Assembly: GCA_963770945.1 (NCBI GenBank)
Contig: CAVYRP010000004.1
Coordinates: 23,901-87,900 of the forward strand
Direction of reading: 5' to 3'
Length of the DNA stretch: 64,000 bases
Source of the DNA: an uncultured Bacteroidota bacterium
GTDB taxonomy: Bacteria > Bacteroidota > Ignavibacteria > UBA10030
Positions 43,624 to 55,210 of the stretch are shown here, piece by piece. How positions within the stretch are numbered: the stretch's first letter is position 1; every line of letters starts with the position of its first letter. A model generated the notes under the pieces. It had not been told where the DNA came from, searched no databases, and worked only from the letters and a program-made list of their open reading frames with translations. Made by a program: the position numbers and the translations under genes.

Positions 43624-45509
43624 GTGAGAAATCAGCTTGCTCGAATTGTTATTACTGTCTGTTTTGTATTCCTTTCAATATACTTCCTCTGGCCGACAGT
43701 CCAGGATTATAATTATCGAAAAGACTCAGCCGATTGACCGGGCAGGACAGTATTGCCTATTTAGAAAAGAATCATGATGGGATACTGTCTGCAAAAGCTA
43801 AACGCGTAAAGCTAGGGTTGGACCTGCAGGGTGGTATGCGTGTCGTGCTGGAAGTAGATATTCTTAAATTGCTGGAAGATCTGGCAAAGAATAAAGATGA
43901 AAACTTCCATACTATCCTGAAAGAGGTGCGCACCGAATCTGCGGCTAACGAAGTTTCGATCATTCCCCTCTTCGCAAAGAAATTCCAGGAACGCGGTATC
44001 CGGTTAAGCCGATATTACGGCAGTATCCGCGATGAAGACGCAAAAATTATTAGTATGCTGGAAGATGAAACCGGCAAATCTGTCGATCGCGCTATCGAAA
44101 TTGTGCGGAACCGTGTCGACCAATACGGCGTTTCGGAATCCGGTATTCAGAAACAAGGCGGACGCCGTATTATTGTCGCCCTGCCGGGTGTTAAAGATGA
44201 AGGCGAAGTTAATTCCCTTCTCCAAGGGACAGCGTTGTTGGAATTCAGATTGTTAAAGGACCCGCAAATCTCTTATAAGGTAATGCAATCCATTGATAAT
44301 TACCTGACTGGAAAATTAGAGACAGATACAGCGGCGGAGACTTCCACATCCAAGGAACAAAAGAAAGAACAGAAAAAAACTAAAGACGCTCTTACCGAAC
44401 TCACAGGCGGCGCAGCGGTTTCTGAATCAGACACGACTAAGGAAGCGCAGTTTGCCCGGGAACATCCTTTCTTTCTCTACGTGAAACCCGACCAACAGGG
44501 AACCGGTGAAGGTTACGTAGCTGAAAAGGACAAGGATCGCGTTGTTCGTTTGCTCGAACGTCCTGAAGTACAGCGGATTATCCCTGCCGATCTTGAATTT
44601 TTATGGTCTGCAAAAGTCCAGACATTCAAGGATGGACAGAAATTCTATATTCTATATCCTGTTAAAAGGACAGCGGAACTGACTGGTAATGTTGTTACAA
44701 ATGCGCAAGCTAGCGTTGATCCGGATGATAATCGTTCAATCGTTAATATGGAAATGAGCAGCGATGGTGCACGTGAGTGGGCCCGTATCACCGGAGCAAA
44801 TATAGGCAAACGGATTGCAATTATCCTTGATAAAGGTATTTTCTCCGCACCGGTTGTGCAGGCAAAAATAACAGGCGGACGTTCACGGATTACAGGAATG
44901 GATTCACCGGAAGAAGCACGGTTATTAGAAATCGTCCTGAAGGCAGGTGCGCTTCCGGCCCCGGTAACTATAATAGAAAAAAGAACTGTTGGACCATCTC
45001 TTGGCGAAGATTCAATTCGTGCCGGTTTGAATTCAACGATCATGGCACTTCTTTTTACTGTGTTATTCATGATTTTATACTACAACAGCTCCGGTTTAGT
45101 GGCTGATTTTGCTTTGATGTTTAATTTATTGTTTATCCTCGGTGTTATGGCGGGTTTTCAGGCAACTCTCACGCTCCCCGGTATCGCCGGTATAGTCCTG
45201 ACAATTGGAATGGCAGTAGATGCGAACGTTCTAATTAACGAACGTATTCGCGAAGAAATGGCGGGAGGGAAAACATTGCGGGCGGCGATTGACGCCGGAT
45301 ATTCGAAAGCATTTTCCGCAATTGCCGATTCGAACATAACGACATTTATAACAGGCATTATTTTATTCCAATTCGGCACTGGGCCGGTTCAAGGATTTGC
45401 CATGACATTGATGATCGGCATTATCGCTTCGATGTTCAGCGCTATCGTCATTACACATATTATTTTCAATATTATGTCAGAAAAGGGCATTAATCCGAGC
45501 TTCGGCTGA
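43624..45509 (+). CDS. secD: Protein translocase subunit SecD (5' frameshift near 43720)
   Basis: LGLDLQGG, RVDQYGVSE, AGALPAP, VGPSLG, GMAVDANVLINERIREE; GTG start with TM1 found upstream. Confidence 0.96.
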
Positions 45510-45574
45510 TCTGGTTTTCCGGAGTATATGAAGTATCGACAATGAGATTGGTTATTAAAGGAGAATAATATTCA

Positions 45575-46504
45575 ATGAGATTTTTTAAGAAGACAAATAT
45601 AGATTTTCTCGGCAAACGTAAAATCTGGTACATAATTTCAGGCGTGATGGTTCTTATCGGATGGGTTTCTATTATCTTCGGGTTTTTGGAACCCGGCATA
45701 GATTTCAAAGGAGGTACAGAAATCGTCCTGACATTCCCGCAAAAAATAGAGGTCAACGACATCCGGGTTTCGCTGGCAAAAATTGGAATGGGAACGAGTG
45801 AAATTATTTACTACGGCGGTGAAAACAGCGTGTTGATTCGAACATCGGAACAAGCAGAAGGAACTACAGTATCAGATAAAATAAAAAGTGCCGTCCAAAC
45901 TGCATTTCCGGACAAAAAATTTGAAGTTCTTAAAGAAGATAAAATCGGACCCAAAATAGGCAAAGAACTCAGCCTCGATGCACTGTATGCTCTCTTGTGG
46001 TCATTTGTCGGTATTCTTGTCTATGTTGGATTCCGATTTAAGTTTGCATACGGCTTTGGCGCTGTTATCGCGTTGGTACACGATGTCTCGGCAACATGCG
46101 GATTTCTCGCTATCGTCAGTTATTTCGCTCCTGGTTTAAATATTACTATATCGCAGGATGTTATCGCGGCGCTGCTCACAATCATAGGTACCTCCGTAAA
46201 TGATACTGTTGTTATCTTTGACCGCGTCCGCGAGAATGAAAAAATTTACCGCAGTATGCCGCTGTATGATGTTATGAACAGGAGCTTAAACGACACGTTG
46301 AGCCGGACGGTTATCACGAACGGAACGATCTTTGCTGTTTTATTAATACTTTTATTGTTTGGCGGGGATGTGATTCGTCCTTTTGCTCTCGCAATGTTTT
46401 TTGGATCGATTTGCGGTACATACTCGACTATTTACGTGGCAGGCGCGTTCGTGATCGATTATAAACGTATCCGAGATCGAAAAGCCGGTTTAGTGACAAC
46501 GTGA
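45575..46504 (+). CDS. secF: Protein translocase subunit SecF
   Basis: GIDFKGGT, IGPKIG, ALVHD, SVNDTVVIFDRVRE, GTYS. Confidence 0.96.
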   Translation: MRFFKKTNIDFLGKRKIWYIISGVMVLIGWVSIIFGFLEPGIDFKGGTEIVLTFPQKIEVNDIRVSLAKIGMGTSEIIYYGGENSVLIRTSEQAEGTTVSDKIKSAVQTAFPDKKFEVLKEDKIGPKIGKELSLDALYALLWSFVGILVYVGFRFKFAYGFGAVIALVHDVSATCGFLAIVSYFAPGLNITISQDVIAALLTIIGTSVNDTVVIFDRVRENEKIYRSMPLYDVMNRSLNDTLSRTVITNGTIFAVLLILLLFGGDVIRPFALAMFFGSICGTYSTIYVAGAFVIDYKRIRDRKAGLVTT

Positions 46505-46534
46505 ATTCCTCTTTGAATAAAAAGGGGTGCTGAT

Positions 46535-46870
46535 ATGAAATTAAAAACAAAAGAAGTCAAGGATATTACAATTGTTGAGCTGGACGGCAATGTCATTGGC
46601 GGCCCGGATGTGACCGTCTTAAACGACTACTTGCACGAGCTCATCGCTGAAAACAAGAAGAACGTTGTTGTCGATCTTAAGATGGTTAGCTTTATAAACA
46701 GCTCCGGACTCGGTATGCTCATAGGCGGATTGACGACAATGCGCAATTCCGGCGGCGATTTAAAACTCGCACGAGCGTCAAAGAAAATTGAACACCTCCT
46801 GGAAGTGACAAAATTGTTGAAGGTATTCGACCTTCACAAGAATGTAAATGATGCAATAGCATCGTTTTGA
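46535..46870 (+). CDS. STAS-domain anti-sigma factor antagonist
   Basis: VDL..VSFINSSGLG with the phosphorylatable Ser, 111 aa. Confidence 0.92.
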   Translation: MKLKTKEVKDITIVELDGNVIGGPDVTVLNDYLHELIAENKKNVVVDLKMVSFINSSGLGMLIGGLTTMRNSGGDLKLARASKKIEHLLEVTKLLKVFDLHKNVNDAIASF

Positions 46871-46879
46871 CAATTTATC

Positions 46880-46918
46880 AAAGGCGGATGATTACTTCAT
46901 CTGCCTTTGAACTTTTTT
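46880..46918 (+). terminator. Terminator after secDF-STAS
   Basis: AAAGGCGGATGA...TCATCTGCCTTT hairpin plus T-tract. Confidence 0.65.
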
Positions 46919-46946
46919 GACATTTACTCCATCAAACAATATCAGC

Positions 46947-47585
46947 ATGCCCTCTAATCCCCTCTTCATCACTGTTGCAGGCAACATTGGTGCGGGAAAA
47001 TCCTCGCTTTCACGACTTCTAGGTGACCATTTCCAATGGAAACCGTATTTCGAATCAGTTGAAAACAATCCTTATCTCGCCGATTTCTACGCCGATATGT
47101 CGCGCTGGTCGTTCCACCTTCAGATTTATTTCCTATCCAACAGGTTTAAATGCCACAAAGAGATCAGCGAATCAAGTGAATCGGTAATTCAAGACCGGTC
47201 TATATATGAAGATGCAGAGATCTTTGCCCGCAACCTCTATAATATTGGAAAAATGACGGAGCGCGACTACACCAATTACGTTTCACTCTTCCACGTGATG
47301 ATGGAATACCTGAAGCCCCCGGATTTAATGATCTACCTGCGGGCAAATGTGGATACGCTTATGAAGCAGATTTCCAGACGCGGCCGGGATTTTGAACAGG
47401 GGATTCAGCGTTCTTATCTCGAACAGCTGAATACACTCTATGAAGACTGGATTACGCATTATAAGCTCGGACCGCTCCTCATCATTGAAAGCGACGACCT
47501 TGACTTTGTCAATAATCCGGCCGACCTAAAATATATTATTGCCCGCGTAAAATACCGCCTGCCGCAGATGCAGTTGTTTGAATGA
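46947..47585 (+). CDS. Deoxynucleoside kinase
   Basis: GNIGAGKSS, FYAD..RW, QIYFL, DRSIYED, RGRDFE. Confidence 0.93.
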   Translation: MPSNPLFITVAGNIGAGKSSLSRLLGDHFQWKPYFESVENNPYLADFYADMSRWSFHLQIYFLSNRFKCHKEISESSESVIQDRSIYEDAEIFARNLYNIGKMTERDYTNYVSLFHVMMEYLKPPDLMIYLRANVDTLMKQISRRGRDFEQGIQRSYLEQLNTLYEDWITHYKLGPLLIIESDDLDFVNNPADLKYIIARVKYRLPQMQLFE

Positions 47586-47682
47586 GAGATGATTCAGTCT
47601 TTTTACGCCGTTATTTCCTATCCTTGTTTCTCCGGCAACATTTCTCTACATTTTTCACAAATATCCATCCAAGAGAACGTTC

Positions 47683-48498
47683 TTGAGCAGTTATTTAAAT
47701 TACATTCTGCCTTTTCTTTACTTTTCACTCGTGTGGGCATACGGTAAAGCTCTATTCGCCGATCAGCTATGGGCAAAACGTATTAAGACGCCATTCTTGC
47801 TGGTTACGTTAACAATCCATTTATTATATCTATCAGTCAGGACAATTACATTTCGGTATCTTCCGGTCACTACGGTCTTCGAGATTTTCAGCGTGCTGGC
47901 ATTTTCTGTTTCCGCAATATATTATATAATTGAAATCCGTTCGCGCAGAAAAGAAACCGGATATTTTATTTTGAATATTGCTTTCTTTTTCCAGCTACTT
48001 TCATCTTTCTTCATCAAAGATATACCGATTGTGCCTGAAGTTCTGCGAAGCCCGCTCTTTGGCTTGCATGTCTCCTTTGCATTAATAGGATACGCTGCGA
48101 TAACTATCGCAGGTGCATACGGCTTAATGTATCTCATTCTGTATCACGAAATGAAATCTTCAAGGTTCGGAGTGATTTACAAGAAGCTCCCCACACTCGA
48201 ATCGCTGGAGCGTATGACGATGACTGCGATTAAACTTGTCGTGGTACTGCTCGGTTTAGCAATTGGTATTGGAATTATCTGGCTCAACAATATATACCGG
48301 CACGAGTACTATGCTGATCCAAAACTCATCAGTACTGTCCTTATCTGGTTGATGTACGGACTTTTAGTGATAGCAAGAAATTATTTTTTTGTCCGGGGAC
48401 GGAAAATTATGATATTCTCTATCTTTGGATTTCTCATCTCAATTTTTTCGATGACTATTATTAATATATTCTTCAGCGAATTTCATAAATTTTATTGA
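47683..48498 (+). CDS. HemX/CcsA-like heme-related membrane protein
   Basis: About 8 TM segments, LHV, LPTLE.LE, DPK, terminal FH; directly upstream of hemA; lacks the WWD motif. Confidence 0.8.
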   Translation: MSSYLNYILPFLYFSLVWAYGKALFADQLWAKRIKTPFLLVTLTIHLLYLSVRTITFRYLPVTTVFEIFSVLAFSVSAIYYIIEIRSRRKETGYFILNIAFFFQLLSSFFIKDIPIVPEVLRSPLFGLHVSFALIGYAAITIAGAYGLMYLILYHEMKSSRFGVIYKKLPTLESLERMTMTAIKLVVVLLGLAIGIGIIWLNNIYRHEYYADPKLISTVLIWLMYGLLVIARNYFFVRGRKIMIFSIFGFLISIFSMTIINIFFSEFHKFY

Positions 48499-48499
48499 C

Positions 48500-49787
48500 A
48501 TGAATCTTGTTTGCGTCGGAATATCGCACCATACAGCTCCACTGGATGTCCGTGAGCGTTTATGGTTCTCTTCAGATGAAATTCGCCGAACATTGCCGTT
48601 ATTGAAACCGCTGGAAGCAAGTGAAAGCGTCTTATTTTCGACCTGCAACCGCACGGAATTATACATAGTAAATGAAAACGGAACGATTGATCCGGACGCA
48701 CTGAAAAAGTTTTTAATAACTCAGAAGTCCGCGGAAGGAAAAGTACAGCCGTCCGATATGTTTTTGATAACCGCCGGCGATGCAGCACGGCATCTGTTTC
48801 GTGTCGCGGCAAGCCTTGACTCGATGGTATTAGGAGACGTGCAGATTCTCACACAGGTGAAAGATGGATTTAGCCTCGCTGTAGAACTCGGAACCGCGGG
48901 CGTTTTTATGAATCGCCTTTTCCAGCTCGCTTTCCGAGTCGGAAAACGATCAAGAACGGAAACGGAAATCGGCGACGGGGCTGTTTCCATAAGTTATGCA
49001 GCAGTGGAATTAGCGGAAAGAATATTCGATAACCTGCATGAAGAGAACTGCTTTCATAATCGGTGCCGGCGAAACAGCGGAATTAACGGCCACTCATTTG
49101 ACCGGCAGGAACATCGGTAAACTCTTAATTACCAACCGCACACGCGAGCGTGCCGAGCAGCTTGCGCTAAAAGTTAACGGCAGTGTAATTCCATTCGACT
49201 CCTGGTCCGGCGCCTTGGCGGAATCCGATATTGTTATATCATCGGTTGAAATCGACAATTATATTATGCGGCCGGATGATATTCAAAGGGTAAATCGAAA
49301 GAATAGAAATGCGCCGCTGTTTATTATCGATCTTGGTGTACCGCGAAACATCGATCCGCAGGTTAAAGAATTGGAAAATGTTTTTCTATATGACCTCGAT
49401 GCTTTGAATACAGTGATAAATGAAAACCTCCGGCGCCGGAGAACAGAAGTTCCTAAAGTCGACGCGATTATCGTCGATGTTCTGGACGAATTAACACAGT
49501 GGTACTCGTCATTGGAAGTGAATCCCACGATTACAGCGCTTACTAAATTCATGGAATCCATCCGGCAGGAAGAAGTGGCAAAGAATATCAACCGCTTTCA
49601 TCCGGAAGACCGCGAATTGGTGGAACTGATCACTAAGCGCATCATTAATAAGATTGTACACAAACCCATTGTTAGTCTGCGCAAGGACCATGAAATACCG
49701 GTTACCGAACGTCTGCAGAAAATGAGCATCATTCAGAAATTGTTCGGACTTGCAAAATCATCCAAGGAAGATTCCCATGCCGATTAA
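48500..49787 (+). CDS. hemA: Glutamyl-tRNA reductase (frameshift near 49040)
   Basis: [41 protein letters not shown]. Confidence 0.95.
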
Positions 49788-50723
49788 TCTTTGTATCGGC
49801 ACACGCGGCAGCGAGCTGGCACTCAGGCAAACACATTATGTGAAAACGCTTCTGGAAGGCCGTTTTCCCGGTATCATCATCGATTTAAAGACGATTAAAA
49901 CTACAGGCGATAAAATTCTCGACTCACCTCTTGCTAAAATTGGAGATAAAGGACTTTTCACAAAAGAGCTTGAAGAAGCTTTGTTGGATGAACGCATTGA
50001 TTTGGCTGTTCATAGCTGCAAGGATATACCGACAACGATTTCCAAAGATCTTACGATTGCCGCTATCCTTGGAACGTGAAGATGCACGAGACGTTTTTAT
50101 CGGCCATCCGAAGAGCGCCCGCCAATTATTCTTCTCTCTTCCACGCTCTGCAGTAATTGCAACGGGAAGCTTGCGGCGTAAATGTCAGATACTTAACGCT
50201 CGGCAGGATATACAAATTATCGATTTACGCGGAAATCTCAGTACGCGTCTAAAGAAACTCGATGAATCAAATTGGGATGGAATAATCCTCGCAAAAGCCG
50301 GTATAACCCGGCTTGGCTGGTACACAACGAATCACAGAAATTCTGCCGTATGAAATCATGCTCCCGGCTGTCGGCCAGGGCGCTCTGGCAATCGAAATAA
50401 GGATCGGTGACAAGCGTGTTGATGAATTAATTCGTCCTTTTCATCATGTTCCGACCGCTTTATCAGTGGCTTCCGAACGTTCTCTTCTCCGTCGTCTCGA
50501 AGGCGGCTGTCAAATTCCTGTCGGTGCATACGGACAGATACAGGGGAACAAATTGCAGCTTGATGCGGTGATAGGAAGTCTGGATGGAAAACGAGTCATA
50601 AAAGGAAATTTAACCGGAAACAATACTGAAGCAGAACGAATCGGAATTGAGCTTGCAGAAGACTTACTTAATAGAGGCGGCAAAGAAATCCTGGACGAAA
50701 TCAGGCATACAACTTTTCTTTGA
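49777..50723 (+). CDS. hemC: Porphobilinogen deaminase (two frameshifts)
   Basis: [43 protein letters not shown]. Confidence 0.95.
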
Positions 50724-50728
50724 TCACC

Positions 50729-51481
50729 ATGGCACTTACAGGCAAAACCATACTCGTAACACGATCGAAGGATTCCAGCGCTGAACTTCGCTCACTGCTG
50801 GAATCACACGGCGCATCTGTGATATGTTTCCCGACCATTGAAATTAAAGACCCTGACTCCTGGGAGGCATGCGATAAAACGATCTGGATGCTGTCGGAAT
50901 ATTCAAGTGTTTGTTTCACTAGCAAGAATGCTGTGGCAAAATTTGTCGAGCGTATTCGTACCATACGTCCGCAAGCAGTCGACATACTATCTACACGCAA
51001 TATTTTTGCTGTCGGCGAAAAAACAAAAAGGTCTCTAGAGACTTGCGGTTTTTCTGTTCTTGCAGCGCCAAAGCATTCATCGGCAGAAGAACTGTCGGCT
51101 CTGATAAAGGAACATCAGGTCAAGGATGCAAAAATTCTTTTTCCGAAAAGCAATATCGCAAGGGATGTTTTACCTCAAAATCTCCGTTCCATGGGTGCAA
51201 AAGTCGATGAAATTGTCGTATATCGAACCGTAATACCGGATCCGGATAATCTTGAAATAATCCGTCAAATGTTTCTTGAAAATAAAATCGACGTCGCAGC
51301 TTTCTTTAGCCCCTCCGGCATTCTCAACTTTGTTGAAATGATCGGTACGGAAGTTCTCGCACATACCGCAATTGCCGCGATTGGTCCGACAACCGCAGAA
51401 ACCGCACAGCAGCTCGGATTATCAGTTGCCATCTTGAGTCAGAAAGCAACGGCCGAAGGCCTCGTAGAAGCGATAGAATAA
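50729..51481 (+). CDS. hemD: Uroporphyrinogen-III synthase
   Basis: ILVTR, FTSKNAV, VGEKT, VYRT, FSPS, IGPTT. Confidence 0.92.
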   Translation: MALTGKTILVTRSKDSSAELRSLLESHGASVICFPTIEIKDPDSWEACDKTIWMLSEYSSVCFTSKNAVAKFVERIRTIRPQAVDILSTRNIFAVGEKTKRSLETCGFSVLAAPKHSSAEELSALIKEHQVKDAKILFPKSNIARDVLPQNLRSMGAKVDEIVVYRTVIPDPDNLEIIRQMFLENKIDVAAFFSPSGILNFVEMIGTEVLAHTAIAAIGPTTAETAQQLGLSVAILSQKATAEGLVEAIE

Positions 51482-51530
51482 CTATGGTCAATAAAGTTTT
51501 TTTAGAAAAACAGGGAGAAAACTTATTAAG

Positions 51531-52574
51531 ATGATCAATGACTTGTTCTTACGTGCCTGTAAAAGAGAGCCTACTGAACGCACACCTGTCTGGATGATGC
51601 GGCAAGCCGGCCGTTATTTACCGGAATACCGTGCAATCAGGGCAAAAGTAGATTTCCTTACACTTTGTAAAACGCCGGAGCTTGCTTCTGAAGTATCCAT
51701 CCAGCCTGTCGATATCGTTGGAGTAGATGCATGCATCATTTTCTCGGATATTCTCGTTGTACCGGAAGCGATGGGTATGAAATTATTTGTAGAAGAGGAT
51801 AAAGGCGGACCGCGCTTTGAAGATCCTATTCGTTCACGATCCGATATCGACAGGCTTAAAGTGCCGGACCCGAATCACGAACTCAAGTATGTGATGGATG
51901 CGATTCGCCTTACGAAAAAAAAATTAGACGGACGTGTTCCGCTGATCGGTTTTGCCGGCTCGCCATGGACACTCGCTGCGTATTTAGTGGAAGGAAAAGG
52001 ATCGAAGAATTTCCGCGCTATAAAAGAACTCATCTATTCTAATCCAAAAGATGCACATGTATTGCTTGATAAACTCGCACGCACTGTTGCCGCCTACCTG
52101 AGCGCGAAAATTGAAGCCGGTGTTCAAGCCGTGCAAATTTTCGATACATGGGGCGGTATACTTCCTCCCGATGAGTTCCGTGAGTTCTCACTTCGCTATA
52201 TCGATCAGGTACTAAAACTGCTGAGGCGCAATGGCGCTCCGACAATTGTTTTTTGTAAAGACTGTGCTCATTCTCTTGAAGCAATTGCGGATACCGGATG
52301 CGATGTCGTCGGCCTGGATTGGTCCATCGATATCGGAAAGGCAAGAATGATGATCGGCAGTTATACTGCATTGCAGGGCAATCTCGACCCGGCCGTCTTA
52401 TATGCATCTCCCGAACATATACGCGAGGAAGTAAAGAAAATATTGGAGAAGTTCGGTAAGGGCGCGGGCCACATTTTTAATCTTGGCCACGGTATTTTGC
52501 CGGATACTCCGGTAGAAAATGTAAAAGCATTTGTACAGGCAGTGAAGGAAGAAAGTGTAAAGTATCATAGATAA
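51531..52574 (+). CDS. hemE: Uroporphyrinogen decarboxylase
   Basis: PVWMMRQAGRYLPEY, FSDIL, QGNLDP, NLGHGI. Confidence 0.98.
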   Translation: MINDLFLRACKREPTERTPVWMMRQAGRYLPEYRAIRAKVDFLTLCKTPELASEVSIQPVDIVGVDACIIFSDILVVPEAMGMKLFVEEDKGGPRFEDPIRSRSDIDRLKVPDPNHELKYVMDAIRLTKKKLDGRVPLIGFAGSPWTLAAYLVEGKGSKNFRAIKELIYSNPKDAHVLLDKLARTVAAYLSAKIEAGVQAVQIFDTWGGILPPDEFREFSLRYIDQVLKLLRRNGAPTIVFCKDCAHSLEAIADTGCDVVGLDWSIDIGKARMMIGSYTALQGNLDPAVLYASPEHIREEVKKILEKFGKGAGHIFNLGHGILPDTPVENVKAFVQAVKEESVKYHR

Positions 52575-52642
52575 TTAAAGATGGATTTAAATGAGCGATT
52601 TTAACCGGCTTGCGATGAATAACCGGCAAAATTTGAGTGTAC

Positions 52643-53708
52643 ATGGCCAATAAAAAAACCGCGGTCGTTCTTTTTCAGCTTGGAGGGCCGGATTCTCTCG
52701 AAGCGGTCGAACCGTTTCTTCTACAATCTTTTTACGGACCCAGACATTATTAATTTCCCGGGTGCTTTCCTCGTACGAAAACCTCTCGCAAAGTTTATTT
52801 CGAAGCGGCGTTCGAAGAAAAGTATGGAAAATTACAAACTAATCGGGGGAAAATCGCCCATTCTCGATCTTACACAACGGCAGGCTTCCGCTCTTGAATC
52901 GATTCTAAGGTCTCAAGATATTGATGCACGTGTCTTCACAGCAATGCGTTATTGGAATCCATCAATCGAAGCATCTGTAAAAAGAATCAAAGCGGAAGGA
53001 TTTGAACAGGCGATTCTCCTGCCGCTTTATCCCCAATTTTCACAGGCGACAACGCTTTCGTGCATAAACGAATGGAAGCGCCAGACAGAGATGCAGGGAT
53101 GCATAATCCCATCAAAACTTATTTGCTGTTATCCAAATCAATCCTTATTCATCGAAGCATTTGTTGAAAATATAAATTCAGCGCTCAGCCGATTTCACGA
53201 AATCGCATCTACAGACATCGATCTTATTTTTAGCGCGCATGGAATCCCTGTTAATTATATCAAAAATGGCGATCCGTACCAATTACAGGTGGAAGAGACC
53301 GTGCGAAGCATCGTAAGACTTGGAAATTGGAACTCTCCGCATACACTCTGCTACCAAAGCAGAGTCGGGCCGATGAAGTGGCTGCAGCCGTCGCTCATGG
53401 AAACTGTGAGGAGCTTAGTTAATAAAGGCCGCAAGAATCTATTGGTTATCCCGGCGGCATTTGTTACCGACCATATTGAGACGCTGCATGAAATTAATAT
53501 TGAAGTACGAAAATATGCTTTGACACATGGTGCCCGGCAATTCGAGATGATGCCTGCATTAAATAATCATCCAAAGTTCATTAAATGTCTGTCTGAACTG
53601 GTTAAATCCCGGCTTGAATCGGATGTACGGCCAAATACATGCGAAACTTTATGGAATGGAGAGAAAAATCGAACAAGGCCAAAAATGTGCCCGTGGATTA
53701 AACAGTAG
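52643..53708 (+). CDS. hemH: Ferrochelatase (5' frameshift near 52720)
   Basis: QLGGPDS (manual), GGKSP, MRYW, PLYPQFS, FSAHG, YQSRVG..WL.P, DHIETL.E. Confidence 0.93.
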
Positions 53709-53753
53709 AATTCATTTTGCATTGTGCCATTTTTCATTTATCATTGAGTAATT

Positions 53754-55199
53754 ATGGGACCGACAAAAACAGATGTTATCATTATCGGCGAAGGTATTAC
53801 CGGACTTTGCGCAGCCTATTGGCTTAAAAAACGCGGACTTAATGTAACCGTTCTGGCAAAGGACAGTGAAGTCGGCGGTACGATGAAATCCGTGCAGGAT
53901 CATGGTTTCTTATACGAAACCGGTGCGAACACAGCACTGGAAACAACTCCGCTTTTTAAGGAACTCGTCTCCGAGTTGAAATTGGAATCGGAATTTATAT
54001 ACGCCAGGCCTGAAGGCAAGAACCGATACATACTTCGCAACGGTATTTTACGATCCATGCCGCTTGGACCGGGTTCATTTCTATCGACAAAACTTTTTTC
54101 TCCTGCTGCAAAATTCCGTGTGATCAAGGAACCTTTCGTCGGAAAAGCGGTAAAAGAAGAGAGTATTTCTGAATTCGTAGAACGGCGATTAGGCAGAGAA
54201 TTCCTTGACTACGCTATCGATCCGTTTGTTGCCGGAGTTTTTGCAGGAAAACCGGAACAGCTCAGTGTGCGTTCGGCTTTTCCTAAACTCTATGCGCTGG
54301 AAGAAAAGTACGGCGGACTTTTCAAAGGAATGATTAAAGGTGCAAAGGAAAGAAAACAAAGAGCTGAAAAAGCGAAAGATCGTGCAGAAACCTTTTCGTT
54401 CATCAGCGGAATGCAGATGCTACCGCGTGCAATTGCTTCCTCGCTCGGCAAATCGGTTGTTCTTAATGCAAAAGTCACCGGCATCCGTAATTTGACTGCC
54501 GCAAGCAACGAACCGGCGAATGAACCGGATGTACGGCGATATCTGGTTGAATATCTTCATAACGATCAAGAAACCGAAATGGAAGCCGATAGTGTTATTA
54601 TCGCTATCCCCGCATTCGATGCTTCTCCCCTTGTAAAACCGCTGTCTGCAAAGACTGCGCATGTACTATCTTCCATTTACTATCCGCCCATTGTTTCTAT
54701 TTTTTTGGGGGTAGACCGCATAAATATCGGACACCGGCTGGATGGCTTCGGATTTCTGATCCCATCGAAAGAGAAAAGGAAAATTCTCGGCTGCCTATGG
54801 AACTCCTGTCTTTTTGCTAATCGTGCGCCCGAAGGGATGGCTGCATTAAATGCCTTTATCGGCGGCGCACGCCAGCCTGAATTGACAACTCTGAGCGATG
54901 AGCGCATCATTCAGATAACTCTGGATGAACTGAAATCTATCATGCAACTTTCCGGAAATCCTGTATATTTACATTTAACACGCTGGGAGAGGTCGATTCC
55001 ACAGTACGAAATCGGTTACCGGCAAAAAATAGATGAATTGGAAAAGTTTGAAGAATCATTTCCGGGAATCTGTACTCGCCGGAAATTATCGCCGCGGCAT
55101 TTCGGTGGGCGACTGTATAATAAATGCAAGCGAAATTGCAAAAACGGTCTCCGCAGATATTATATCGATACGATAGATCACGTTCAATATACTTTTTGA
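53754..55199 (+). CDS. hemG: HemY/HemG-type (copro/proto)porphyrinogen oxidase (3' frameshift near 55070)
   Basis: FAD-binding IIIG.GITGL, ETGAN, GFGFLIP, W..SIPQY. Confidence 0.9.
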   Translation: MGPTKTDVIIIGEGITGLCAAYWLKKRGLNVTVLAKDSEVGGTMKSVQDHGFLYETGANTALETTPLFKELVSELKLESEFIYARPEGKNRYILRNGILRSMPLGPGSFLSTKLFSPAAKFRVIKEPFVGKAVKEESISEFVERRLGREFLDYAIDPFVAGVFAGKPEQLSVRSAFPKLYALEEKYGGLFKGMIKGAKERKQRAEKAKDRAETFSFISGMQMLPRAIASSLGKSVVLNAKVTGIRNLTAASNEPANEPDVRRYLVEYLHNDQETEMEADSVIIAIPAFDASPLVKPLSAKTAHVLSSIYYPPIVSIFLGVDRINIGHRLDGFGFLIPSKEKRKILGCLWNSCLFANRAPEGMAALNAFIGGARQPELTTLSDERIIQITLDELKSIMQLSGNPVYLHLTRWERSIPQYEIGYRQKIDELEKFEESFPGICTRRKLSPRHFGGRLYNKCKRNCKNGLRRYYIDTIDHVQYTF

Positions 55200-55210
55200 A
55201 AGGACGTAGC

